DNA of 64,000 bases, taken from NCBI GenBank assembly GCA_963666285.1, contig OY762711.1; one strand, 5' to 3'. The position numbers were made by a program, and so were the translations under genes. How positions within the stretch are numbered: the stretch's first letter is position 1; each line of letters starts with the position of its first letter. The notes under the pieces were generated by a model. The model searched no databases. It worked only from the letters and a program-made list of their open reading frames with translations, and had not been told where the DNA came from. The stretch is from Sedimentisphaerales bacterium. Its GTDB lineage: Bacteria; Planctomycetota; Phycisphaerae; Sedimentisphaerales; SM23-30. Shown here one piece after another: positions 31,209 through 41,375 of this stretch.

Positions 31209-33431
31209 TTACAGCCTTAAATCCAGCACCAGAGTTCTATACAGCCAGCTCATAAAGGTTTGCCCGATAGTTTTGTCTTCATAAATGATTCTTATCCGGC
31301 CTGTCTGGCCATCCCTTAAACCTGTGGAATCAGATTGGGCTATAGGCAACACCAGTTCATAAACGTTGATTGCGGGCTTCAGTATTTCTTCTTTGTCTGT
31401 TGTGGGCAACGTAGGGATATCTCCCTGGTACATGGTAGAAAACGCAAGACTGCTTAATATTTGCACCTTGGTATCCGGTATGTTTTTCTTTTCTACCTTG
31501 GATTTTACTGTTTTTGCGTCCATTGCCCATAGCTTTATCTCTGCTTCTAAGCCGTCCGAGATAAACTCCATATCCTGGGCCTTGACAGCTGCTATTGCCT
31601 CAAAACTGTCTTTCTTGCACACAGAAAGTAGTTCGGTACCGGTCTGGATGAATGCCCCGTTATATTTTTCAAACTGTATTTGCGGGTTCAAGACTATAAT
31701 GCCGTCCATTGGCGATATGATGTCAAGATGAGACTTTTCACTTTTCGCCCTGTCGAGATACAGTTCCAGTGCTTTAAGTTCTTCTATTATCTGTTTCTCT
31801 TCTACTGCTTTACCGATATTCCTGGCCTGGTTCAAGGCTATCTGCTTCTGTTTTTTCTGAAGTTCAAGATCTTTTACCCTGTAAATCAATTCAGGGTCAG
31901 ACAACTGTAATATCAGGTCGCCTTTTTTAACTGCCATTCCATCGTCTGGCCATTGGCTCTTGTCATTGTTAAGTTCTAAAAATCCTGGCCTGCTTACATA
32001 TAGGGGAGTAAGTTCGGCCGGTCTGATTATACACTGCGTATCAACACTCTGCTCGATAGGAATCCATAGTATCCCTACAATACTTGAACAGATAAGAAGT
32101 ATTATTGCTGTTGCCATAACCGGGTGAACATGAATAGAATCCCATTGTGCCCCCAGGAATTTAAGAAATTTGAAAAATGGTGTAATAAAGGACGTTATTA
32201 TTGTTGATATAGCCATTATCGCAGCGATACTTTCGAGTCCGTATGGTTCCAAAAATTTCCAGACCATGGTAACGATCGCAAATATAATGAACCAGCGATA
32301 AATTGCACTGCAAATTGCGTAAGCCAGGATACCGGATTCTCTGGTATCAAGGTCTATCGGCTTTTCCGCTTTTTCCATGCCTAATACGTATTTTTTGCCT
32401 AAATACCATAGATATTGCGTGGCTTTCTGTTTCATGTTAGGTATCTCAAGCATATCCATAACGAAGTAATAGCCATCATATCTCAGTAAGGGATTTCCAT
32501 TAAACATGATTGTATTAATACTTGCTGCCAGCATTACATTTAGGGCAAACTGGTTTATCATGCTGCCGGGCACTGTTATCGCCCATATTATTGTTGCAGC
32601 CGTGGCCAAAAATACCTCTACCGCTATTCCGGCGGCTGTTATCCATACCCGTTTGTGTTTCTTGCTTATCATCCAGGCATCCGACACATCGCAATACATA
32701 CAAGGCATAAATACCAAAAATAGTATTCCCATTTCATGTACTTCTACGCCGAAATGCTTGGCTGTTAAGCCATGACCGAATTCGTGAATTATTTTAATAC
32801 AGAATAACGCTGGAAACAGGAACATCAAGTTTGTCCAGCTTAACAGCGGCTGTCTTTGCCCCAAATTGTCAATATTGGAAAACAGCATATATATTGCAAC
32901 AACAAACATTATCAGCGTAAAGATTATCATTGCCTTGCTGTAGATAAACGATCCTATTACCCTGTCCATTTTTGTTAGCAGCTTATCCGGGTCCAGCATG
33001 GGTATCTTGAAAAACATATATTCTGTTTTTATTCGCTGCCATATGCTGCGTGTAAGCTGCTGTTTGCGTTTCATTAAGTAGTCAGTTGTGCTGTCGCCGG
33101 TTGCCTGCAATAAATTACCGCCGCGCATCATTATTATAAAGCTCATTACTGACTGTGCATCAAATGTGTCGTCTGGAAATCGGATTGCTAATGTTTTCAG
33201 TACATCCTCAAGAGTTGTTTTACCGTCCAACATTTTAAAAATTGTATATTCTGGCGGTCTAAGGCGATAGTATCTTAAAGAAGTCGGATCTTTTAAAACA
33301 TAACATGGATTTCCATAATACACTTGTTCGGTTATTTCCAGGTCCGCTCTTGCTTTTGGCAATACGCCGGTTTGAGCTTTACTGGATTGAGATGAAATTT
33401 TATCTATATCAATATTGTTGTTTTCAGGCAT
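31209..33431 (-). CDS. M50 site-2 metalloprotease fused to a HlyD/membrane-fusion-like C-terminal region
   Basis: HEFGH zinc motif, NPLLRYDGYY, many TMs; lipoyl-like halves (VKKGDLI, ISPMDG) around a coiled coil. Confidence 0.8.
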   Translation of the reverse strand: MPENNNIDIDKISSQSSKAQTGVLPKARADLEITEQVYYGNPCYVLKDPTSLRYYRLRPPEYTIFKMLDGKTTLEDVLKTLAIRFPDDTFDAQSVMSFIIMMRGGNLLQATGDSTTDYLMKRKQQLTRSIWQRIKTEYMFFKIPMLDPDKLLTKMDRVIGSFIYSKAMIIFTLIMFVVAIYMLFSNIDNLGQRQPLLSWTNLMFLFPALFCIKIIHEFGHGLTAKHFGVEVHEMGILFLVFMPCMYCDVSDAWMISKKHKRVWITAAGIAVEVFLATAATIIWAITVPGSMINQFALNVMLAASINTIMFNGNPLLRYDGYYFVMDMLEIPNMKQKATQYLWYLGKKYVLGMEKAEKPIDLDTRESGILAYAICSAIYRWFIIFAIVTMVWKFLEPYGLESIAAIMAISTIITSFITPFFKFLKFLGAQWDSIHVHPVMATAIILLICSSIVGILWIPIEQSVDTQCIIRPAELTPLYVSRPGFLELNNDKSQWPDDGMAVKKGDLILQLSDPELIYRVKDLELQKKQKQIALNQARNIGKAVEEKQIIEELKALELYLDRAKSEKSHLDIISPMDGIIVLNPQIQFEKYNGAFIQTGTELLSVCKKDSFEAIAAVKAQDMEFISDGLEAEIKLWAMDAKTVKSKVEKKNIPDTKVQILSSLAFSTMYQGDIPTLPTTDKEEILKPAINVYELVLPIAQSDSTGLRDGQTGRIRIIYEDKTIGQTFMSWLYRTLVLDLRL

Positions 33432-33602
33432 GGCATTTCCATTGTTGTATTTATCTAAATATCTTTATAAACATATTCTAGCAAAAAAATATTCACTAGT
33501 AAATATCGACATATATTTATAGCAACTTATGATGTTTAGAAGTTATATGTTTTACATTATCTTTGTGTGGTAGTACCAAATAGCGTAACGGTAGGGTAGT
33601 TT

Positions 33603-33638
33603 AAAAAAAAGAAGCCGGGCTACAAAATATAACCCGGC
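33603..33638 (-). terminator. Intrinsic terminator
   Basis: gccggg...cccggc stem followed by UUC-U8 on - strand. Confidence 0.8.
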
Positions 33639-33776
33639 ATTAGGTTGTTCGTGAGCTATCACTATAATGGATCTAAATTACCCAAATCGTTAAGATCCGA
33701 ATAATCCGCCTAAGCAGGCCCACTCCCAACATAGCGTACTTTTATGTCTATTCTCTTTAGAAATTTCCTCGTCCTT
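33603..33776 (-). ncRNA. Candidate structured small RNA or leader RNA
   Basis: TTGAAA-17-TATATT promoter upstream, rod-like pairing, strong terminator; no substantial ORF. Confidence 0.45.
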
Positions 33777-33782
33777 ATCTAT

Positions 33783-33811
33783 AATATATATGACATTATC
33801 GGACATTTCAA
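33783..33811 (-). promoter_or_regulatory. Sigma70-type promoter
   Basis: TTGAAA (33806-33811), 17 bp spacer, TATATT (33783-33788) on - strand. Confidence 0.5.
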
Positions 33812-33941
33812 TATGTTTTTTAAAATTTAAATATTTTTTATTTATTGTTAATAAAGAAAATACGATTTCGCAACAAAATCTGGGCTTTCCATTCGCGGAC
33901 TACTTCAATATTTGGCACACACCCAACTATGGTAGGTCCAG

Positions 33942-34880
33942 CTATTTAAGGTGTATTAAATTATGTTCTCTTGCATAATGGAATTTATAACTGTTCCAGT
34001 AACCCCATGCTATCCCTAAACTGCCAAATACTGCGTATGTTATTGGAAGAATAGTCAAAGTTGCATAACCGGGATGTATTAGATGAGCTGGAACTCCATT
34101 GCTTGCCAGTTGGTCCCATAGGCCGTTGTTTCCTCTGATATAAAAGAAAGTCGCTACTATAATTGGTAGCGGAATAAATGCTTTTCCTGTGGTCCTGGTA
34201 AATTGGTGGGTAGCCATAACCGCAATAAAAAAGGTTGCTGTAACTGCAAATGCCTGCTGACCTATAGAGACTGCTGTGGAAAATTTCTGAGGCGAACCTG
34301 CTACCATTATTTCAGCTGTATCTCCAAGGCAGAGATATGGCAATATTAAGATCGATATTATACTTGCCGCAACTGCTGATAATATACATTTGGGAATATC
34401 TGTACCAAATTTAAGCTGACTGTTTTCCTCGGTGTTTTCTATGGCAGTTTTTTGGGGAATAAATTTTTTGTTTAGAATAACTACTACTATAAGTCCTGTA
34501 ATTATAGGTATATACCACAAAAAAGTATCAACTGCCATCTGGTTGAACAAGCTTGATCTGGATGACCCGCTCTGGTGTAAAGTTAGCAGTTTGTTCATAT
34601 TTGGAGAAAAAATAGCAGGAAGCAGCAGAACAAAAGGCGCTGCTAAAGGGGCTATATAACGAGTATTTTTACCGCCTATGAAAAACGCCAGAATTGTCGC
34701 CGCAATGCAGATGATGTTTATATATAGATATGTCATGAATGAGCTGTTAGGATTACCTAATATTGACTGAGGCAGGTCGTTATTATTAAACAGTGTGCCC
34801 TTACAGGTCATCCAGTATAGTCCGGCGGCAATTAACACTATTATTGTAATACGAATCTTTGTTAATATATGTAGTTTCAT
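33942..34880 (-). CDS. Hypothetical polytopic membrane protein
   Basis: 312 aa ORF with about 8 hydrophobic segments. Confidence 0.75.
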   Translation of the reverse strand: MKLHILTKIRITIIVLIAAGLYWMTCKGTLFNNNDLPQSILGNPNSSFMTYLYINIICIAATILAFFIGGKNTRYIAPLAAPFVLLLPAIFSPNMNKLLTLHQSGSSRSSLFNQMAVDTFLWYIPIITGLIVVVILNKKFIPQKTAIENTEENSQLKFGTDIPKCILSAVAASIISILILPYLCLGDTAEIMVAGSPQKFSTAVSIGQQAFAVTATFFIAVMATHQFTRTTGKAFIPLPIIVATFFYIRGNNGLWDQLASNGVPAHLIHPGYATLTILPITYAVFGSLGIAWGYWNSYKFHYAREHNLIHLK

Positions 34881-35108
34881 AATTTATAATATTACTGCTT
34901 TTTTAGTCAATAACAAGATAATTCAATATTAATCTTGGCTGCTTCTCAAGCTTTTATCAAAGATTATTTTACCTTCAAAACACGCTATATACCAATTATT
35001 TAGTCATTGCTTAAATTTATTTCAAGATAGATTTTACCATTTTAACTATTATTTTCTTTCTGTATGTATACTTGTGAAATATACTATTATTTTTACGGCT
35101 TATATTTA

Positions 35109-35330
35109 GTTTACTTTCGCAGTTTTTAAGTTGCAATAACGAAGTGACTCTGGTAAATCGCCTAAAAGGGCCTTCCTGCAGCGTTTTGAGTTAAATATAC
35201 TTTCGAGAAATAGCTCGAAAACACAATTAAATATATAGTTTTTCATTCACAAGGCCCTGTTCCGGCCTTTGCGTGTAATGTTGAACAGTCAAAAGTGCGC
35301 CATGCATATGATGCGAAGCATAAACCGCAC
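35109..35330 (+). repeat. Interspersed palindromic repeat, copy 3 (longest, two extra inserts)
   Basis: Aligns to copy 1; extra gaagtgactctggtaaat in left arm and catgcatatgatgcgaagcataa in terminal hairpin. Confidence 0.9.
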
Positions 35331-35379
35331 TATTACAAATTTGTTTTATATAATATTAAACTATTTTGAGGAAATCGTT

Positions 35380-37008
35380 TTGCATAATACTGTTAGTAAC
35401 ATCCCGTATCCTGTTAATGAACCTGTGTTTTCATATGCCCCCGGTTCACCTGAAAGAGAAAAATTAGAGGCAGAACTCTCTATACTCGAAGCTCAGGAGA
35501 TAGAAATTCCGCTTATTATTGGCGGAAAGGAAATCAAAACAGGCAAGCTTGGAAAATGTGTACAACCGCACAATCATAAAAAGACTCTTTGTACCTTCCA
35601 TATGGCAGGTGAAAAAGAGGTTGAAATGGCAATTGAGGCGACTCAAAAAGCCAAAAAAAGTTGGGAAAATCTTCCTTATGTTGAGCGTGCCAGGGTATTT
35701 TTAAAAGCGGCTGATTTGCTCGCTACAAAATATCGCTATAAAGTTAATGCTGCAACAATGCTGAACCAGAGTAAAAATGCTTTTCAGGCTGAAATTGACA
35801 GTGCTTGCGAACTTATTGACTTCTGGAAATTTAATGTGTTTTTTATGCAGCAGCTTTATCAGGACCAACCTTTGTATTCTCCTGCTGGAATGCTTAATTC
35901 TGTTGAATACAGGGCTTTGGAAGGGTTTGTCTTTGCTGTTTCTCCCTTTAATTTTACCAGTATCGGGGGAAATCTTCCCACTGCTCCGGCAATGATGGGC
36001 AATACTGCTATATGGAAACCGGCTTCTACCTCGGTTTTCTCTAATTATTTCATTATGAAGCTGCTTCAGGAAGCAGGCTTGCCGGACGGTGTTATCAATT
36101 TTATTCCGGGTTCTGGTCCGGAAATTTGCCAACAGGTAATGAGTTCGCCGCTTTTTGCCGGCATACATTTCACCGGCAGTACTGCAGTATTCCAGGGCAT
36201 GTGGAAGATGATTGGTAATAATATCGATAAATATATCTCTTATCCAAGAATTGTCGGCGAGACTGGCGGAAAGGATTTTATGGTAGCTCATTCTTCTGCG
36301 GATATCCAGGAAGTTGCTGTTGCCATGGTTCGCGGCGCCTATGAGTTCCAGGGCCAGAAATGTTCAGCTCTCTCTCGGGCATACATTCCGGAAAGCCTCT
36401 GGCCTGGTATCAAGGAAAGCATTGGAAATATGCTTGCCGAAATTAAAATGGGCGATGTGAAGGATTTTACAAATTTCGTTAATGCTGTTATTGATAAAAA
36501 GTCTTTTGACAAAAATAAGGGATATATAGACAGGGCCGCTAGCTCCAAAGATGCTGAAATTGTCTTTGGCGGCAAATGTGATGATTCCGTTGGCTATTTT
36601 GTTGAACCAACATTAATATTAGCCAATAAAGCCGACTATGAATCTATGGTTGAAGAGATATTCGGCCCGGTTTTAACTGTATTTGTCTATCCGGACAATG
36701 AATTTGAGCAGATTCTTAATACTTGTGATACTACTAGTATTTATGCTCTTACCGGTTGCATTATGGCTCGTGACAGGTATGCCGTTCAAATGGCTTTAGA
36801 CACGCTAAGGCATTCTGCCGGCAATTTCTATATAAACGACAAACCAACTGGCGCTGTTGTTGGACAGCAGCCTTTTGGAGGCAGCAGGGGTTCTGGAACT
36901 AACGATAAGGCTGGCTCTATGCAGAATCTGCTCAGGTGGGTATCTGTAAGAACGCTCAAAGAAAACTTTATCCCGCCGACAGATTATAAATATCCGTTTA
37001 TGGGATAA
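35380..37008 (+). CDS. pruA: L-glutamate gamma-semialdehyde (P5C) dehydrogenase
   Basis: NEPV, QAEID, PFNFT, FTGST, GETGGK, EFQGQKCSA, EEIFGP, NDKPTGAVVGQQPFGG; TTG start with SD GAGG. Confidence 0.93.
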   Translation: MHNTVSNIPYPVNEPVFSYAPGSPEREKLEAELSILEAQEIEIPLIIGGKEIKTGKLGKCVQPHNHKKTLCTFHMAGEKEVEMAIEATQKAKKSWENLPYVERARVFLKAADLLATKYRYKVNAATMLNQSKNAFQAEIDSACELIDFWKFNVFFMQQLYQDQPLYSPAGMLNSVEYRALEGFVFAVSPFNFTSIGGNLPTAPAMMGNTAIWKPASTSVFSNYFIMKLLQEAGLPDGVINFIPGSGPEICQQVMSSPLFAGIHFTGSTAVFQGMWKMIGNNIDKYISYPRIVGETGGKDFMVAHSSADIQEVAVAMVRGAYEFQGQKCSALSRAYIPESLWPGIKESIGNMLAEIKMGDVKDFTNFVNAVIDKKSFDKNKGYIDRAASSKDAEIVFGGKCDDSVGYFVEPTLILANKADYESMVEEIFGPVLTVFVYPDNEFEQILNTCDTTSIYALTGCIMARDRYAVQMALDTLRHSAGNFYINDKPTGAVVGQQPFGGSRGSGTNDKAGSMQNLLRWVSVRTLKENFIPPTDYKYPFMG

Positions 37009-37056
37009 TCTGGTTACCAGGATTTATTGCTAATAAATTACCTGTTTCATTTAATT

Positions 37057-37133
37057 GGCATGTTTCGGCCTTTGCGTGTAATGCTGAATAGTCACAAGTG
37101 CGTCATGCATATGATGCGAATCATAAATCACAC
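37057..37133 (+). repeat. Interspersed palindromic repeat, copy 4 (right arm only)
   Basis: cggcctttgcgtgtaatgctgaatagtcacaagtgcgtcatgcatatgatgcgaatcataaatcacac; shares the copy-3 insert. Confidence 0.85.
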
Positions 37134-37221
37134 TTATACAACAGGCTGTATTATAATAATACAGCCTGTTGCATTTTCTTATCAATTGTCTTTAACATTT
37201 TCGTATTATTTTTTTATAAAC

Positions 37222-37971
37222 TTATTTTTTGCGTTTCATTAATTTTCGATATTGGGCAGGTGTCAGTCCGATTGTTTTTTTGAATTGTCGTGAAAAAGCG
37301 CTTTGGTCTGCATACCCGCAATCCAAAGCTATTTCTACTATTTGAAGATTGGTCTCTCTCAGTTTCCATAATGCAATTTCTATTCTTGTCTTCTGGATAA
37401 ATTGACCTGCTGTCAGCTTGAATATCTTCTGCATACGCTGTTCATATTGATAGGTCGACATACACGCCATTCTGGCCAGATCATCGACCATCAGTGCCTT
37501 ATTATAATTATTCTTTATATATGTGACGCTTTCGGCTATACGCTGATAGTCTTCGTGTTTTTTCTTTTGTGGTATTAGGTCTCGCGATACGCCCGCTATC
37601 CCTACAACTTCACCTTTTGCGCCATGAAGAGGCACTTTTGTCGTAAGGCACCAGGACAATTCCTGGTTTGGCGTCATATGCAGTTCCAGCTGATTTAATA
37701 TCGGGGTACCGTCTTTGAGGATTTGGTCGTCCTGTTTCCTGTATTCGCTGCCAAGCGATAATGGATATACCTGGTCTGATGTTTTTCCAATTAACGCTGA
37801 TTTGTCGGTCAGGCCGCACCTTTCAACCAGGGTCTGATTAACAACAATATATTCGCCTTTATTATTTTTGACAAAATATACTATGTCGCTGAGTTGGTCA
37901 AAGAGGGTTTCGCAAGTGAAAGGCTCGTAGAGTAAGTTAAAGAAATCTGCTTGAAGTGAGGTATTTTCCAT
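37222..37971 (-). CDS. AraC-family regulator with N-terminal PAS domain
   Basis: YFVKN..G.Y..VN, LIGKT, TTKVPL...G.VVGIAGVSRD; C-terminal CGYADQSAFSRQFKK. Confidence 0.88.
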   Translation of the reverse strand: MENTSLQADFFNLLYEPFTCETLFDQLSDIVYFVKNNKGEYIVVNQTLVERCGLTDKSALIGKTSDQVYPLSLGSEYRKQDDQILKDGTPILNQLELHMTPNQELSWCLTTKVPLHGAKGEVVGIAGVSRDLIPQKKKHEDYQRIAESVTYIKNNYNKALMVDDLARMACMSTYQYEQRMQKIFKLTAGQFIQKTRIEIALWKLRETNLQIVEIALDCGYADQSAFSRQFKKTIGLTPAQYRKLMKRKK

Positions 37972-38022
37972 AAGATTTTTGTACCGTACCTAGAGATAGT
38001 TAATATTAGCATTAAACTTATA

Positions 38023-38204
38023 GTTAACTTTTATAGTTTTTAAGTTGCAGTAATCGCCTAAAAGGGCCTTCTTGCAACATTTTGGATTAAATAGACTTTC
38101 GAGAATTAGCTCGAAAATACAATTAAATGTTTAGTCTTTCATTCACAAGGCCCTGTTTTGGCCTTTGCGTGTAATGTTGGAAAGTCAAAAGTGCGAAACC
38201 GCAC
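38023..38204 (+). repeat. Interspersed palindromic repeat, copy 5 (full length)
   Basis: Colinear with copy 1 end to end, finishing gtcaaaagtgcgaaaccgcac. Confidence 0.9.
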
Positions 38205-38441
38205 CTTATACCATTGGAATATATTTGAAGTGTTTTTAATCTAAATCGTGTAATAATTACAAATTATGGCTTTTACCGCTCTCAAATATCTCCTATAATA
38301 TATTAGTAAGAATACTACTAATTTATTTGCAAGGCAAGTATTTTTGTTAGACTTTCATTATAAAATTTGATATTGTAAAATATTCAATTTATGTATCGAA
38401 TTTGCGCATATTATACCAAATGAAAAACTAGGTAATATATT

Positions 38442-39236
38442 ATGAAAATAGGTTTTATCGGTTGCGGCCAGATGGCACAGGTGTTGGTTAACTCTTTTAT
38501 TGAAAGCGAAATTGTTAGCTCTTCGCAGATTATTTGTTCTGATGTTAACCACGAACTATTAGAGGAAACCCGTGACAAATGTGGTGTCTGGATCACTATG
38601 GACAATAGCTATGTCTTTGAAAATGCAGACATTATTTTTCTCGCTGTTAAACCTCAGGCTTTTAATGATGCTGTCGTTGGTTGTAAGGACAAGATTCGTA
38701 AATCGCACCTTATCGTTTCTATTATGGCTGGTGTGACTATTTCCAGGATCAAGGAATCTCTACCGGCTCCCGTTGTCAGGGTTATGCCCAATACTCCCTG
38801 TATTGTCGGTCATATGGCCGCAGGTTATGCCGTTGGTAAAGATGTGACAACAGAAAAGCAGGAGTTTGTTGTTAAGCTGCTGTCTTGTACTGGAATTGCT
38901 ATCAAGGTTAATGAGTATGATCTTGATGCCGTAACTGGTCTTAGCGGTTCTGGTCCGGCCTTTGTGGCGTATCTGATTCAGCAATTTATTGATGCCGGCA
39001 TTAAAGAAGGATTGTCTCCAGATAAGGCCAGGGAGCTTTCTGTGATGACATTTATTGGTACCGGCATTTTGATCAGGGAAAAGAATATAGCACCGGAAAA
39101 GCTTATCCAAATGGTATCTTCTCCCAATGGTACTACTGTGGCAGGGCGGGAAATTCTGGAACACTCCGATATTGCTCAGATTATTCAGGATACAATTGCT
39201 CGGGCTTCTGAACGAAGCAGGGAATTATCAAAATAA
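38442..39236 (+). CDS. proC: Pyrroline-5-carboxylate reductase
   Basis: IGFIGCGQM, LAVKPQ, RVMPNTP, GLSGSGPA, SPNGTT. Confidence 0.95.
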   Translation: MKIGFIGCGQMAQVLVNSFIESEIVSSSQIICSDVNHELLEETRDKCGVWITMDNSYVFENADIIFLAVKPQAFNDAVVGCKDKIRKSHLIVSIMAGVTISRIKESLPAPVVRVMPNTPCIVGHMAAGYAVGKDVTTEKQEFVVKLLSCTGIAIKVNEYDLDAVTGLSGSGPAFVAYLIQQFIDAGIKEGLSPDKARELSVMTFIGTGILIREKNIAPEKLIQMVSSPNGTTVAGREILEHSDIAQIIQDTIARASERSRELSK

Positions 39237-39354
39237 ATGCTACTGATCCTGACTATGAACTTTGAAATAGACTCTAATCATATATAATAATAAGGGATGT
39301 TCACTACCATGAATATCCCTTATTTTATGTTTACAGCTTTTCAAGTTATCATTG

Positions 39355-40230
39355 CTACATATCAAGGGCTATATCAAGATTGCGAACTGAGTGTGTTAAT
39401 GCCCCGACTGATATTCGGTCTACTCCTGTCTCCGCTACTCCTCTCACTGTGTCAAAAGTTATTCCCCCCGACGCTTCCAGCTGTACAAACCTCGATTCTT
39501 CCTGCATCCTGTCACGAATTTGTACGGCTTCTTTAAGGTCTTTATTCGACATATTATCCAGAAGGACAATATCTACTCCTTTTATTGCTAATACAATTTT
39601 TAACTGTTCCAGTGTGTCAACTTCTACTTGTATAAAGTCAGGTTGCCTTTCAAATTTCCGTATTCGTTCCAGCATAAGAAAAACTTTATCATGTAGAGAC
39701 TCACCCTTAACTGCGGCCAGATGGTTATCTTTCACCAGTACCGCGTCAAATAAGGAGAATCGATGGTTCACTCCGCCTCCGCAGCGTACCGCGTATTTCT
39801 CCAGCTCACGCCATCCTGGAGTTGTTTTGCGGGTATCACATATCCGGGCCTTTGTTCCGCGAACTGCTTCTACATATTTATTTGTTATAGTAGCTATTCC
39901 GCTTAACCTTTGGATAAAGTTTAATATAATTCTTTCTGCCGCCAGTATCGAACGCATATTGCCCGATAACAGTCCTATTGCCTGGTGAGCCGCTATCATG
40001 TCACCATCATGAGCAAAAGGGGAATATACGATCGAACTGTCATAATAGCTTAAAATATCTTTGACTACCTGAGAACCGCAAAAACATCCCGGCTCTCTGA
40101 ATACCAGATTACCTTCCCCGGATAATTCTATCGGGATAGTCGTCTCTGATGTTATATCTCCATATTGATAGTCTTCTCGCCAGGCCAGCTCAATCAGCGG
40201 CAGATAGCTTTTGGGATCTGGTATTTTCAT
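39355..40230 (-). CDS. nadC: Carboxylating nicotinate-nucleotide pyrophosphorylase
   Basis: GDIT, DTRKTTPG, NHR, KDNH, EVD, LLDN, EASGG. Confidence 0.96.
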   Translation of the reverse strand: MKIPDPKSYLPLIELAWREDYQYGDITSETTIPIELSGEGNLVFREPGCFCGSQVVKDILSYYDSSIVYSPFAHDGDMIAAHQAIGLLSGNMRSILAAERIILNFIQRLSGIATITNKYVEAVRGTKARICDTRKTTPGWRELEKYAVRCGGGVNHRFSLFDAVLVKDNHLAAVKGESLHDKVFLMLERIRKFERQPDFIQVEVDTLEQLKIVLAIKGVDIVLLDNMSNKDLKEAVQIRDRMQEESRFVQLEASGGITFDTVRGVAETGVDRISVGALTHSVRNLDIALDM

Positions 40231-40249
40231 ATTTATCTTATCTTTAATT

Positions 40250-40336
40250 GTTTACTTTCGCAGTTTTTAAGTTGCTGGAAGGTCCTGTTTCGTTGTATGC
40301 GTGTAATGTTAAACTGTCAAGAGTGCGATATTGCAC
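40250..40336 (+). repeat. Interspersed palindromic repeat, copy 6 (internally deleted)
   Basis: Left end gtttactttcgcagtttttaagttgc joined to right end aaggtcctgttt...gtgtaatgttaaactgtcaagagtgcgatattgcac. Confidence 0.85.
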
Positions 40337-41301
40337 TACTTCTTCCTTTGCGAATATTTTTCTACTAAATCTATTATCTTGGGCTGATCCGGATCTAATT
40401 CTAGGGATTTATGCCAGTAGCTAACCGCCTCACGTGCAAGATCCTGTTCTTTTTCTTCACTATTGATGAATTGCATCATTCTTACAACCCCCATTCCATT
40501 ATAAGCATCCAGGTTATCTTTCTCTAAATCCAAAATACTCTTGTAAAAATCATATGCCTCTGATAATTGCTGGTTTGACAGGTGGCAGTAAGCGATAGAT
40601 ACCCTCGCTTTTACACTCTCCGGGTGTATCTTTATTGCTTTATTCAATATATACAATGCAGGCTCATATCTTTGCATATTTGTATATGCCAGGCCAAGCC
40701 CTATCATGGCATTCAGGTCATATGTATCTATTTCTAGCGATCTTTTATACTCTGTGATCGCTTTTTCATAGTCTCCGCTTTTGCTGTAAATATCTGCCAG
40801 CCCGGCCATATATTCAGAATTATTCGGATCGATCTCAATCGCTGCCCGGCAAAATTCTTCTGCCTTACCATAGTCATCTACTTTATAATAGCAAACGCCT
40901 AACCTGTAATTGACTTCACTACTCATCGGTTTCAGTTTATGGGCCTGGCTAAGAGTAGTTATTGCGTCTTTGAATCTTTCTAATACCTGGTAAACTTTTC
41001 CAAGCTTGAGATGTGCTGTGAATCCCCATGGATTAATTCGGCATGTCTTTTCATAGGATTTTGCCGCGTTTTCGTATTCACCGTTTTCTGCATATATGTC
41101 GCCCATCATTGAATGAGCCAGCGAAAACTCACTGTCTAGTTTTACTGCCTCTTTTAGTGCATATAAGGCATTTTGATCAAAATCGGTATTCTTCAGTGAC
41201 ATTGCTGTAACATAATACTCAACTGCTTTCTCATGTTTCCAGTTGCATCCTCCAATAATAATCAACGCTAATATTAAAAGTGATAATATGTGTCTATGCA
41301 T
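40336..41301 (-). CDS. Tetratricopeptide-repeat lipoprotein
   Basis: IGGC lipobox; multiple TPR-like repeats. Confidence 0.85.
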   Translation of the reverse strand: MHRHILSLLILALIIIGGCNWKHEKAVEYYVTAMSLKNTDFDQNALYALKEAVKLDSEFSLAHSMMGDIYAENGEYENAAKSYEKTCRINPWGFTAHLKLGKVYQVLERFKDAITTLSQAHKLKPMSSEVNYRLGVCYYKVDDYGKAEEFCRAAIEIDPNNSEYMAGLADIYSKSGDYEKAITEYKRSLEIDTYDLNAMIGLGLAYTNMQRYEPALYILNKAIKIHPESVKARVSIAYCHLSNQQLSEAYDFYKSILDLEKDNLDAYNGMGVVRMMQFINSEEKEQDLAREAVSYWHKSLELDPDQPKIIDLVEKYSQRKK

Positions 41302-41375
41302 AGTTTTGTATCCGTTTAATATTTATATATCATTTAATGTGTTTTCAATATCATACCATATCAAAGGTATAGATG

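Noticed and set aside
35269..35379. 37 aa N-terminal extension of PruA in the ORF track
   Set aside because: It starts inside repeat copy 3. The TTG at 35380 has an SD and matches the expected start.
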